In this document: positions 1-11,475 of the stretch, one piece after another
Layout of the letters: each line of letters starts with the position of its first letter
Position numbering within the stretch: position 1 is the stretch's first letter
NCBI GenBank assembly: GCA_014859605.1
Contig: JACUTW010000001.1
Span: 14,527-78,526, forward strand
Direction of reading: 5' to 3'
Source of the DNA: Desulfuromonadales bacterium
Lineage (GTDB): Bacteria; Desulfobacterota; Desulfuromonadia; Desulfuromonadales; UBA2197
DNA: 64,000 bases
Program-made: the position numbers and the translations under genes
The notes under the pieces: model-generated
Database searches by the model: none
Told to the model about the DNA's origin: nothing
The model's input: the letters and a program-made list of their open reading frames with translations, nothing else

Positions 1-40
1 CGACTCATCGCCACCCCTGCCCTGAAGAATCTTCCTCCTC

Positions 41-508
41 ATGAAAATCCTCGTCAAACTCTTTGTTGGGACCCTCTGTACCACCTTCTTATTGACCGGA
101 TGCTGTCTGTTGCCCCTCCGTGATCAGCCAGTTCCTGTCGTGGAAACATCGCCGCCGCAGGCAGAAGCGACAGCGCCGCCCGAAATGGCGCCGTCAGCCA
201 CGCACCTCCCCGCCACCACACCGAAAAACAAACAGGCCATAACACCGACCAAGGGACAAACCAGCAAACCGCGCCTGAGCTATACCGTCAGCGCCGGAGA
301 ACTTTTATGGGACATTGCCAAACGTCCTGACGTTTATGGTGATCCCTTCCTCTGGCCTTTACTTTATCAAGCGAATCGCGACCAGATCAAGGATCCCCGT
401 AGAATATACGCCGGACAAACGCTCACCATTCCGCGTAGTGTCAGCGAAGAGGAGCGGGAAAAAGCACGCATTCTCGCAAAAAAATCCGACTTTTTTTCGC
501 CAGAATAA
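41..508 (+). CDS. LysM domain lipoprotein (peptidoglycan-binding)
   Basis: Signal peptide with lipobox LLTGC. Pro/Thr/Ala-rich linker. C-terminal LysM-like segment (YTVSAGELLWDIA...IYAGQTLTIP). Confidence 0.7.
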   Translation: MKILVKLFVGTLCTTFLLTGCCLLPLRDQPVPVVETSPPQAEATAPPEMAPSATHLPATTPKNKQAITPTKGQTSKPRLSYTVSAGELLWDIAKRPDVYGDPFLWPLLYQANRDQIKDPRRIYAGQTLTIPRSVSEEEREKARILAKKSDFFSPE

Positions 509-565
509 AGTTGTTGTTCCACCACTGTAAACGTCACAAAACCCGTGTTTTTCCCTTATTTTTTC

Positions 566-594
566 TTGACACCCCTTAACCTTTTACATACTGT
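566..594 (+). promoter_or_regulatory. Candidate sigma70 promoter for icd (TTGACA-17-TACTGT)
   Basis: TTGACA at 566-571, a 17-nt spacer, TACTGT at 589-594, about 80 nt upstream of the icd ATG. The -10 is weak. Confidence 0.35.
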
Positions 595-628
595 ATACAC
601 GTTTTACTCGCTTCATTCATAAAGGTGA

Positions 629-2908
<2,280 letters not shown>

Positions 2909-2922
2909 ATCGTATTTGGCTG

Positions 2923-2957
2923 GAGCAGGGCATCTATGATGTCCTGCTCTTATTCTT
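2923..2957 (+). terminator. Hairpin plus U-rich tail between icd and mdh (terminator/attenuator)
   Basis: Stem GAGCAGGGCAT / ATGTCCTGCTC with a 5-nt loop, followed by TTATTCTT. Confidence 0.5.
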
Positions 2958-2959
2958 AA

Positions 2960-3952
<993 letters not shown>

Positions 3953-3974
3953 ACGTCTACTCCACCAGTCACAC

Positions 3975-4012
3975 AGTAAAGAAGGGCAATGGCAACATTG
4001 CCCTTCTTTACT
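3975..4012 (+). terminator. Perfect 17-bp stem / GCAA loop hairpin downstream of mdh
   Basis: AGTAAAGAAGGGCAATG-GCAA-CATTGCCCTTCTTTACT. There is no U-tract (GAAAAAAG follows), so the intrinsic-terminator call is tentative. Confidence 0.45.
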
Positions 4013-4065
4013 GAAAAAAGTGCTTTGTCTGGCGGTCGTTTCTTTTGCAGTCAAATATGATGCAC

Positions 4066-4174
4066 TCGCAAAATGTCATTCCCGCAGTGATTCTGAGCGG
4101 GAATCCAGCTTGTAAACTACCGAAATCATGGATCCCCGATAGAAGCATTCGGGGATGACAGATAGAATTTGCGA
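4066..4174 (+). repeat. MITE/REP-like nested palindromic element, copy A
   Basis: 87-nt core at 4074-4160: TGTCATTCCCGC..GCGGGAATCC...GGATCCCCGA..TCGGGGATGACA. Outer 7-bp inverted repeat TCGCAAA/TTTGCGA. The core has 12 mismatches in 87 positions against copy C (hand alignment). Confidence 0.8.
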
Positions 4175-4294
4175 AAGCATCAAATATTATAATGCAAAAA
4201 TTTTCTAGTTCGATTTCCAACAGATGTGCTAAGCTCCGCAAGTTATAAAACCATGTTTCGGCTGCTCAAAAATCTGTAAAGGAGAGTAATAGGA

Positions 4295-4477
4295 ATGAGC
4301 ATTGAGGTCATCGAAAGATACTGCAAAGGATGCAGCATCTGCGTGGAGTTCTGTCCCAAGAACGTCCTTGAAATGGATGGGTTCATCGTGAAGGTAGCTC
4401 GCCCTGACGACTGCATTAAATGTATGCAGTGCGAACTACGCTGTCCCGACTTCGCCATCAAAGTCCACACTGATTAA
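4295..4477 (+). CDS. korD: 2-oxoglutarate:ferredoxin oxidoreductase, delta (2x[4Fe-4S] ferredoxin) subunit
   Basis: 60 aa with two cluster motifs, CKGCSICVEFCP and CIKCMQCELRCP. First gene of the kor operon. RBS AAAGGAGAG. Confidence 0.8.
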   Translation: MSIEVIERYCKGCSICVEFCPKNVLEMDGFIVKVARPDDCIKCMQCELRCPDFAIKVHTD

Positions 4478-4497
4478 TTCATAGGAGGTCAGCTAAC

Positions 4498-5637
4498 GTG
4501 GCAAAAAAAGTAGCTCTAATGCAGGGGAACGAAGCCTGTGCGCATGGCGCGCTCTACGCCGGCTGCAAATTCTTCGGAGGATACCCCATTACGCCCTCCA
4601 CCGAGGTTTCGGAGGTTCTTTCCAAAGAACTTCCCAAAATTGGTGGAAAATTCATTCAGATGGAAGACGAAATCGCTGCGATGGCTTCAGTCATCGGCGC
4701 GTCACTCACTGGCGACAAATGTTTGACTGCATCTTCAGGGCCTGGGATTTCACTCAAACAGGAACTGATCGGTTATGCCTGCATTGCCGAAGTTCCCTGT
4801 GTTATCATTAGCGTTATGCGCGGCGGACCCTCAACGGGCATGCCGACCGGCCCTGGCCAGTCTGATGTTATGCAAGCCAAATGGGGAACACACGGGGATC
4901 ACGCCGCCATCGCTCTGGCTCCGGCCTCCGTGCAGGAAATCTTCACAGAGACGGTGCGTGCCTTTAATCTTGCCGAAAAATATCGCATGCCGGTTCAGGT
5001 CGTCTATGACGAAATTGTTGGCCACATGCGCGAGCGCATCGAATTCCCCGAACCGGGGGAAATTGAAGTCATTGATCGTGCTAAACCGAGCGTTCCCCCT
5101 GCACAGTATAAGCCTTACGACACATCCTTCGGCGATGTCCCCCCTTTGGCAGCTTTTGGTACAGAATACCGTTACCATGTCACTGGCCTCAATAAGGCAC
5201 CAGATGGTTTCCCGACCACCAAAGCTGAGTATGTTGACGCCGAAGAACGTCGTCAGGTTCGCAAAGTCGATGGCGAAGTTGGCCGTGCCGGCATCGAACT
5301 GAACGATGAATATCTGACCGATGACGCTGAAATTATCATCTTCGCTTACGGTTCGACCTCACGCTCGGCTCGTTATGCTGTCAATGAACTGCGCAAAGAG
5401 GGGATGAAAGTCGGTCTCTTCCGCCCCATCACCCTCTGGCCTTTCCCGGAGAAACGGATCGCTGCCCTCGGTAAACAGGTTAAGGCGATTGTCGTCCCCG
5501 AAATGAATCTTGGGCAGATGAACCTGGAAGTCGAGCGCGTGGTCAAAGGTGCGTGTCCGGTTCTTCATCTTGGACGCGTTGATGGTGAACCGATCAATCC
5601 CGGTCAGATTATGGACAAAGTCAAGGAGGTCAAGTAA
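4498..5637 (+). CDS. korA: 2-oxoglutarate:ferredoxin oxidoreductase, alpha subunit
   Basis: GTG start after RBS AGGAGG. Motifs GYPITPSTE and SSGPGISL are typical of 2-oxoacid:ferredoxin oxidoreductase alpha subunits. Confidence 0.9.
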   Translation: MAKKVALMQGNEACAHGALYAGCKFFGGYPITPSTEVSEVLSKELPKIGGKFIQMEDEIAAMASVIGASLTGDKCLTASSGPGISLKQELIGYACIAEVPCVIISVMRGGPSTGMPTGPGQSDVMQAKWGTHGDHAAIALAPASVQEIFTETVRAFNLAEKYRMPVQVVYDEIVGHMRERIEFPEPGEIEVIDRAKPSVPPAQYKPYDTSFGDVPPLAAFGTEYRYHVTGLNKAPDGFPTTKAEYVDAEERRQVRKVDGEVGRAGIELNDEYLTDDAEIIIFAYGSTSRSARYAVNELRKEGMKVGLFRPITLWPFPEKRIAALGKQVKAIVVPEMNLGQMNLEVERVVKGACPVLHLGRVDGEPINPGQIMDKVKEVK

Positions 5638-5639
5638 CC

Positions 5640-6458
5640 ATGGCTTACGATTATGAAAAATATTTGCGCCCTGGGAAACTCCCTCACATCTGGTGTCCGG
5701 GATGCGGTCATGGCATTGCCATGAAAGGCCTGATCCGGGCCATCGATACTTGTGGGCTGGAGAAGAACAACACGGCGATCGTTTCCGGAATCGGTTGCGC
5801 TTCCCGTCTCCCCGGCTACATGGATTTTTGTACCCTGCACACGGCGCACGGTCGCGCAGCAGCTTTTGCCACAGGCATCAAAATGGCTCGTCCCGAAATG
5901 GATGTCATTGTTGTCGGCGGAGACGGTGATGGAACCGCTATCGGTGGCAATCACTTTATTCATGCCTGCCGTCGCAACATCAACATGACTTATATCATTC
6001 TTAACAACAGCATCTACGGTATGACCGGCGGACAGTTTTCCCCCTGCACACCGACCGGAGCCATGGCTTCGACCACGCCTTACGGCAATCCGGATCCAAC
6101 ATTCGACATCAGCAAACTGGCAATTGGTGCCGGCGCAACCTTCGTGGCTCGCACCACTTCGTTTCACGCCGCCCAGATTGACAAGCTTATCGCCGAAGGG
6201 ATCAAGCATAAAGGCATGTCTATCATTGAAATCCTTGATGACTGTCCGACCACCTACGGTCGTCGCAACAAGTTCCGTTCCGTCATTGACATGATGAAGC
6301 GCCTCAAGGACATTGCTGTCCCGGTCGCTGCGGCAGGAAAGATGACAGCAGAGCAACTCGAAGGCAAAATCCTGACCGGCGTTCTTTACAAAGAGGAGAA
6401 CAAGCCTGAGTACTGTGAGCAGTACGCCAAGCTTATCGCCAAGGCCAAGGGCGCCTAA
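5640..6458 (+). CDS. korB: 2-oxoglutarate:ferredoxin oxidoreductase, beta (TPP-binding) subunit
   Basis: WCPGCGHG N-terminal motif and the GGDGD..NN.IYGMTGGQ TPP-binding motif. Starts 2 nt after the korA stop. Confidence 0.9.
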   Translation: MAYDYEKYLRPGKLPHIWCPGCGHGIAMKGLIRAIDTCGLEKNNTAIVSGIGCASRLPGYMDFCTLHTAHGRAAAFATGIKMARPEMDVIVVGGDGDGTAIGGNHFIHACRRNINMTYIILNNSIYGMTGGQFSPCTPTGAMASTTPYGNPDPTFDISKLAIGAGATFVARTTSFHAAQIDKLIAEGIKHKGMSIIEILDDCPTTYGRRNKFRSVIDMMKRLKDIAVPVAAAGKMTAEQLEGKILTGVLYKEENKPEYCEQYAKLIAKAKGA

Positions 6459-6478
6459 TCCACAAGGAGATCTTATCC

Positions 6479-7027
6479 ATGTCAAAAAGATTTGAGATTC
6501 GTTTCTCTGGCGCTGGAGGTCAGGGATTGATCACTGCCGGCATTATCCTCGCCGAAGCAGCGACCATTATAGAAGGAAAACACGCTGTTCAGTCCCAGAG
6601 CTACGGCCCTGAGGCCCGCGGCGGTGCATCTAAGTCGGAAGTTATCATCTCCGACAGTCCGATTGATTACCCCAAGGCTACTGTCGTTGACGCTTGCCTG
6701 GCAATGACTCAGGAATCCGCTGACAAGTATGCCAATGGCATCAAAAAAGGCGGCGTTCTGCTCATCGATTCCGACTTTGTCAAGAATGAGCCGAAAGGCG
6801 ACTTCAAAGTCTACAAGATGCCGATCATGCGTACCGCCAAGGATGTTGTCGGTCGTGAAATCGTCGCCAACGTCGTCGCTCTCGGGGCGATGATCGCTTT
6901 GACTGATGCAGTTTCGCGTGAAGCCGGCTTAAAAGCAGTTCTCTCCCGTGTCCCGGAAGCTTTCATTGAACTGAACAGAAAAGCTTACGCGCAAGGGTTC
7001 GAGGATATGAAAAAAATTCTCGGCTAA
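6479..7027 (+). CDS. korC: 2-oxoglutarate:ferredoxin oxidoreductase, gamma subunit
   Basis: FSGAGGQGLITAG..QSYGPEARGG motif of the gamma subunit. Confidence 0.9.
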   Translation: MSKRFEIRFSGAGGQGLITAGIILAEAATIIEGKHAVQSQSYGPEARGGASKSEVIISDSPIDYPKATVVDACLAMTQESADKYANGIKKGGVLLIDSDFVKNEPKGDFKVYKMPIMRTAKDVVGREIVANVVALGAMIALTDAVSREAGLKAVLSRVPEAFIELNRKAYAQGFEDMKKILG

Positions 7028-7044
7028 TTGCGAGGAAAAAGAGT

Positions 7045-7081
7045 AAAAAAAGGCTCCCGAGATGACTCGGGAGCCTTTTTT
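7045..7081. terminator. Bidirectional intrinsic terminator (korC / fpg convergent)
   Basis: A-run, stem AGGCTCCCGAG-ATGA-CTCGGGAGCCT, then a T-run. Confidence 0.8.
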
Positions 7082-7086
7082 CTCGG

Positions 7087-7905
7087 TTAAGATTGACAGA
7101 CGGAGCAGTAAAAACTCGATCGTCCACCGATCCGCATATTTTGTATTTCCCCCCCGCACTTTCGACATTTCTCTCCAGCACGACCATAAACTGCTAATTC
7201 CTGAGCAAAATAACCGGGCTTCCCGACGACGCTTTGAAAGTCGCGTAAGGTCGTTCCTCCGGCGGCGATGGCACGCTGCAATACGGCGCGAACCTCCTTG
7301 ACCAGTAAAGCATAACGCCGGCGACTGACCGTTCCGGCCGGTCGCCACGGGGCAATTCCAGCTGCATGCAGAGCCTCACTGGCATAAATATTCCCGACCC
7401 CGACAACTGTTTTCTGTTCCATTAAAAACGCTTTGACAGTGACCGTCCTTTGCCGGGAACGGCGATAAAGATAATCGGCAGTAAACTCTCCAGCAAGGGG
7501 TTCCGGCCCCAACCCGGCCAGTGCAGGGTGCGCGAGGGGATCTCCATAAGAAAGGAGAATGGCGCCAAAACGACGGGGATCACGGAAGCGCAGTCGCTCC
7601 CCCTGGTTAAAGATAATTTCCACATGATCGTGACATTCAAAAGGAAGGGGTTCAGCAAGAAAGCGCAACGTACCGGACATCCCCAGATGGATCAGCAGCG
7701 TACAATCGCCGCTGCAATGAATGACAAGATATTTCGCACGGCGACTGACAGCAAGAATTGTCCGCCCTTGCAGGGAGGCGGAGAGATCGGCAGGAATCAA
7801 AACACGCAGTCGCGGTTCACGGACATTAATAACCGCAATACTTAGACCGACAATTAGCGGCGCAATCCCGCGACAAATCGTCTCAACTTCCGGCAATTCA
7901 GGCAT
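7087..7905 (-). CDS. mutM: Formamidopyrimidine-DNA glycosylase
   Basis: MPELPEVE N-terminus and a C-terminal zinc finger, CRKCGGEI...FYCSVCQ. Confidence 0.95.
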   Translation of the reverse strand: MPELPEVETICRGIAPLIVGLSIAVINVREPRLRVLIPADLSASLQGRTILAVSRRAKYLVIHCSGDCTLLIHLGMSGTLRFLAEPLPFECHDHVEIIFNQGERLRFRDPRRFGAILLSYGDPLAHPALAGLGPEPLAGEFTADYLYRRSRQRTVTVKAFLMEQKTVVGVGNIYASEALHAAGIAPWRPAGTVSRRRYALLVKEVRAVLQRAIAAGGTTLRDFQSVVGKPGYFAQELAVYGRAGEKCRKCGGEIQNMRIGGRSSFYCSVCQS

Positions 7906-7908
7906 GTA

Positions 7909-8334
7909 TTAAATCCACAGGTCATTGCCGGCAGCACGCAGATCATCCCAGGAACAGGATTGAAGATCCGCTGGCAACTTGCTGCGATCGAGACGCAGCG
8001 CCGCCACAAACAACCACTGGCCATCCGCGGCGCGGCGGCAGCGGCCTATTTCAAAGGAGTCAAGGACTTCATCCTGATGGTGCAAGCGTTGACGGAAAAG
8101 AATCTCAGCAGTTGCGCCTTGCTGACAACTCCGCAGAACTTCACAGGCACTGATCTCATAGATCCCTGCAATCTCTGTCGTGGCGTAGGCCAGATAAGTG
8201 TCACAATCAGGAAAGAAGTGCAGGAAGGGGGCTTCTGAGTCATAGCTGTAAAAAATGGCGCGGAAATCCTGTTCCCTGAAAGCGGCAACACGCTCCTGAA
8301 TCAAAGTTTCCGGGGTTAATGCCAAAATCATCAA
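7909..8334 (-). CDS. Hypothetical protein (possibly NTF2-like/YchJ-like fold)
   Basis: 141-aa ORF packed tightly between the permease stop (8341) and the fpg start (7905). No recognisable catalytic motif. Confidence 0.45.
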   Translation of the reverse strand: MMILALTPETLIQERVAAFREQDFRAIFYSYDSEAPFLHFFPDCDTYLAYATTEIAGIYEISACEVLRSCQQGATAEILFRQRLHHQDEVLDSFEIGRCRRAADGQWLFVAALRLDRSKLPADLQSCSWDDLRAAGNDLWI

Positions 8335-8340
8335 TCCTCC

Positions 8341-9195
8341 TTAACGCTCCATACGCGGGTCCAGTGCATCGCGCAGACCTTCTCCGAGGAGATTGTAACC
8401 GAGAACGGTCACGAGAATAGCCATGCCGGGAAAGACCGAAAGCCACCAGGCCGAACCGAGGGTCTGCTTCCCGGTGATCAACATATTCCCCCAGGAAGGG
8501 GTCGGGGGCTGCACACCAATCCCGAGAAACGAGAGGGCGCTTTCGGTGAGGATGGCCCCGGCCACTCCCAGTGTCGCTGAAACGATGACCGGAGACAGTG
8601 CATTCGGGAGGATATGACGAAAGATCAGGCGCTGGTCCGAGGCCCCGATCGATTGGGCGGCAACAACAAAATCGCGGCTGCGCAACGACAAAAACTCGGC
8701 ACGAACCAGGCGGGCAACCCCCATCCATCCGGTCAGACCGATAATGATCATGATATTCCAGATCGAGGGCTCCAGAAAAGCGATGACCGCCAGGATGAGA
8801 AAAAAGGTCGGGAAACAGAGCATGATATCGACAAAGCGCATCAGGACAGCATCAACCCATCGGCCATAAAAACCGGCCATGGCACCGACAATGATGCCGA
8901 TCAGGGTGGCAATGCCGACAGCAACAAAGCCGACGAGAAGGGAGATACGCGCGCCATAAAGGATGCGGGCCAAAACATCCCGGCCGAGGTCGTCGGTGCC
9001 AAGGGGATGTCCCCACCCCGGCGGCATTAGCCGTAGCGTAATATCAATCGCACCGGGGTCGCGGTTATACAGCGGGGCAAAGAGGGCAAGGAGAAACATA
9101 AAGACGACAATCGTTACTCCGGCCAGAGCCATGCGGTTGCGCTGCAATTGCTGCAAAATCGTGATAAAACTTTTCAGAAAATCCTTCATCTTCAC
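8341..9195 (-). CDS. ABC transporter permease, DppC/OppC family
   Basis: Six predicted TM segments and the EAA-type loop (ESALSFLGIGVQPPTPSWG) characteristic of peptide/nickel ABC permeases. Confidence 0.85.
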   Translation of the reverse strand: MKMKDFLKSFITILQQLQRNRMALAGVTIVVFMFLLALFAPLYNRDPGAIDITLRLMPPGWGHPLGTDDLGRDVLARILYGARISLLVGFVAVGIATLIGIIVGAMAGFYGRWVDAVLMRFVDIMLCFPTFFLILAVIAFLEPSIWNIMIIIGLTGWMGVARLVRAEFLSLRSRDFVVAAQSIGASDQRLIFRHILPNALSPVIVSATLGVAGAILTESALSFLGIGVQPPTPSWGNMLITGKQTLGSAWWLSVFPGMAILVTVLGYNLLGEGLRDALDPRMER

Positions 9196-9425
9196 AACTC
9201 TTCACCTCGCGGCAAACCTATCAAGATTTTAGCCTTATTCGGGACACACGACCGCCCTGCACTGCAGTGCCTTTTTACCACAAAGTCCACAGAATCCGCT
9301 TCAAAATTTAACGACTGCAACGAGCTTTCGGGGTTTTTATGCTTGTGTCACAACTCAGAGGTCGGTAATATCGCAAAACCTACAAGGACAGAGACCCCCT
9401 CACTTCAGGATGACATTTCAACCGC

Positions 9426-9989
9426 ATGGACTGGCTGACCATCTTCGGACTCGCCGTCGCCCTTGCCATGGACGCTTTTGCTGTGGCACTCGGGGTGGGA
9501 ATTAATCTTTCCCCCCTCACCGGCAGACACCTCTTTCGTCTCGGCTTCCACTTTGGTCTTTTTCAGGCGCTCATGCCGATCCTCGGCTGGCTCGCCGGCA
9601 TGACGGTCCAGAGATGGATTCAGGCCTACGATCACTGGATCGCTTTTGCTCTGCTTGCTTTTGTCGGGGGGAAGATGCTTTATGAAGCCTTTCAAGACGA
9701 TGAAACGAAAGGCGGAAAAGATCCGACACGGGGAATGACGCTGGTCATTCTGTCCGTCGCCACCAGTATCGACGCCCTTGCCGTCGGTTTGAGTCTGGGG
9801 ATGCTTAATATCTCGGTCTGGACTCCAGCCTTGATCATCGGCCTGGTCGCCGGGATCCTCACCGTTGCCGGCCTACTTCTCGGGCGACGGTGCGGGACGA
9901 TCTGGGGAAAGCGAGTGGAGATCCTCGGTGGGCTCATTTTATGTGCGATCGGCAGCAAAATATTAATACAACACCTTCTGGAGAACTAA
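9426..9989 (+). CDS. mntP: Manganese efflux pump MntP
   Basis: LAVALAMDAFAVALGVG and the repeated SIDALAVGLSLG half-domain motif. 187 aa. Confidence 0.9.
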   Translation: MDWLTIFGLAVALAMDAFAVALGVGINLSPLTGRHLFRLGFHFGLFQALMPILGWLAGMTVQRWIQAYDHWIAFALLAFVGGKMLYEAFQDDETKGGKDPTRGMTLVILSVATSIDALAVGLSLGMLNISVWTPALIIGLVAGILTVAGLLLGRRCGTIWGKRVEILGGLILCAIGSKILIQHLLEN

Positions 9990-9990
9990 G

Positions 9991-10458
9991 TTGCCAAATA
10001 GCCTGCATACGCAAACGGAAAAATCCAGGTCGCTACATCGTCTGTCCTGGACAACTCTCTCAATCTTTTTCGCGCTCTTTCTCCCCCTAAGCAGTTTTGC
10101 GGCCAGGAACGAGATCCCGCTAAAGGAAGGTGCGTGGAACATTACCTTGCAAATCAACCCGAAAACAGCTGATTTCCTGCCAATCGTCCAGATGCTCTGC
10201 CTCAGCCAAACCGACCCGGTCCCCATCCCCGCAAAAAAAGAGGGGTGCCGTCTCCTCACCAAAGAGATCGAAGGGAACACCGTCTTCTGGGTCGCCGAGT
10301 GTCGTGAAAAAGAGTTTGTCACCCGCAGTGTCGGCAATGCCACCTACGACAGCAACAAAGTCGAAGGGGCCGTACAGACCATGACCTCTGCCACCGGAAA
10401 AGAGACCGAGATGCGCACTTATACCTTGACCGGCAAACGGCAGGGAAACTGCCGCTAA
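9991..10458 (+). CDS. Secreted hypothetical protein (DUF3617-like)
   Basis: The only available start is TTG, 1 nt after the mntP stop. Signal peptide ends ...FALFLPLSSFAARNE. Conserved Cys pattern. Confidence 0.5.
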   Translation: MPNSLHTQTEKSRSLHRLSWTTLSIFFALFLPLSSFAARNEIPLKEGAWNITLQINPKTADFLPIVQMLCLSQTDPVPIPAKKEGCRLLTKEIEGNTVFWVAECREKEFVTRSVGNATYDSNKVEGAVQTMTSATGKETEMRTYTLTGKRQGNCR

Positions 10459-10492
10459 GAAGTACGAAACCTTTCAGGGGAAGATAACCTCC

Positions 10493-11230
10493 ATGCGCTT
10501 TTTGTTTTTAGCAAGCCTCTGCCTCTTTTTCATGACTGCCTGCAGCAGCAGTATCGTCCCCCCGCCCCGTTCAGCGGAAGTTTTGATGAGTGAAGGAGAA
10601 ACCTTCTTTGCCGAGAACCGTTATGACGATGCCATTGCCGCCTGGGAAAAGGTCCGTGAACGCTACGTTTCACCAGAGATGAATGCACTCGCCGAGCTCA
10701 AAATTGCCGAGGCCAATTTTCTCGCTGAACGTTATATCGAAGCAGCCGTGGCTTATGAAGCCTACCTTAAAGCCCATCCCGGTGACCCGAATACTGCCAA
10801 TGTTCTCTACAATCTCGGCGTCTCTTATCACCGCGAGATGCTGGCGCCGGAACGGGATCAAACAACGACGCGCAATGCCCTCTCAGCCTTTCAAACCCTG
10901 CTGTCCCGCTACCCGACCGATCCGAGACGTCCGGATATCGAAAAGTTCATCGCCGAGGAGGAAGAGAACCTGGCGGGACACGAACTTCATATCGGTGCTT
11001 TTTACCAAAAAAGGGGTGTGGGGACAGCGGCCATTGCTCGACTGGAGCCATTAATCACTGTTTATCCGAACTTTAGCCGCAGAGATGAGCTGTATTTCAT
11101 CCTTGGCAGCGCCTACCTTGATAATGATAAAAGGGGGTTAGCAGCAGAGCAGTTCAACCGCCTTTACAAAGAGTATCCGCAGAGCAAATACACACAGAAG
11201 GCACAGAAACTTCTCGAACAGAAGTTTTAA
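10493..11230 (+). CDS. bamD: Outer membrane protein assembly factor BamD (TPR lipoprotein)
   Basis: Lipobox FMTAC, TPR-like repeats, about 245 aa, C-terminal YPQSKYTQKAQ typical of the BamD/YfiO family. Confidence 0.8.
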   Translation: MRFLFLASLCLFFMTACSSSIVPPPRSAEVLMSEGETFFAENRYDDAIAAWEKVRERYVSPEMNALAELKIAEANFLAERYIEAAVAYEAYLKAHPGDPNTANVLYNLGVSYHREMLAPERDQTTTRNALSAFQTLLSRYPTDPRRPDIEKFIAEEEENLAGHELHIGAFYQKRGVGTAAIARLEPLITVYPNFSRRDELYFILGSAYLDNDKRGLAAEQFNRLYKEYPQSKYTQKAQKLLEQKF

Positions 11231-11260
11231 GAGAAGAGGGCGTAACTGCCGCCTTTTTTC

Positions 11261-11289
11261 TTGACTTGCTCATGCCGCTTCTATATAAA
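11261..11289 (+). promoter_or_regulatory. Candidate sigma70 promoter (TTGACT-17-TATAAA) for the CoA-transferase gene
   Basis: TTGACT at 11261-11266, a 17-nt spacer, TATAAA at 11284-11289, about 190 nt upstream of the ATG. Confidence 0.55.
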
Positions 11290-11309
11290 ATGTAACGCAA
11301 TTTTACATT
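11289..11309. promoter_or_regulatory. Palindrome AATGTAA-N7-TTACATT overlapping the predicted transcription start
   Basis: 7-bp perfect inverted repeat immediately after the -10 element. Possible operator. Confidence 0.3.
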
Positions 11310-11475
11310 GAAGAAGGTCTTGAATTCACGGATAAAATCGGGTTTTACGGAACAAAAATTTTGTATGTTTTTGTAAGCGGTGAGCGCATACGCACTCGCT
11401 TTTGGTAGTCAAACTGGCATTAACGGCGCGCACTCATCATGACGCGACCCCTATTCCAATGAAGGAGAGAAAATT

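Noticed and set aside
9196-9425. Possible yybP-ykoY (Mn2+) riboswitch in the mntP leader
   Set aside because: The 3' part (ACAAGGACAGAGACCCC) and a GGGG...CCCC closing pair are reminiscent of the motif. However, the highly conserved 5' GGGGAGUAG loop sequence is absent (GGGGUUUUUAUGC instead). A cmsearch with RF00080 would settle it, but I would not call it from this sequence.
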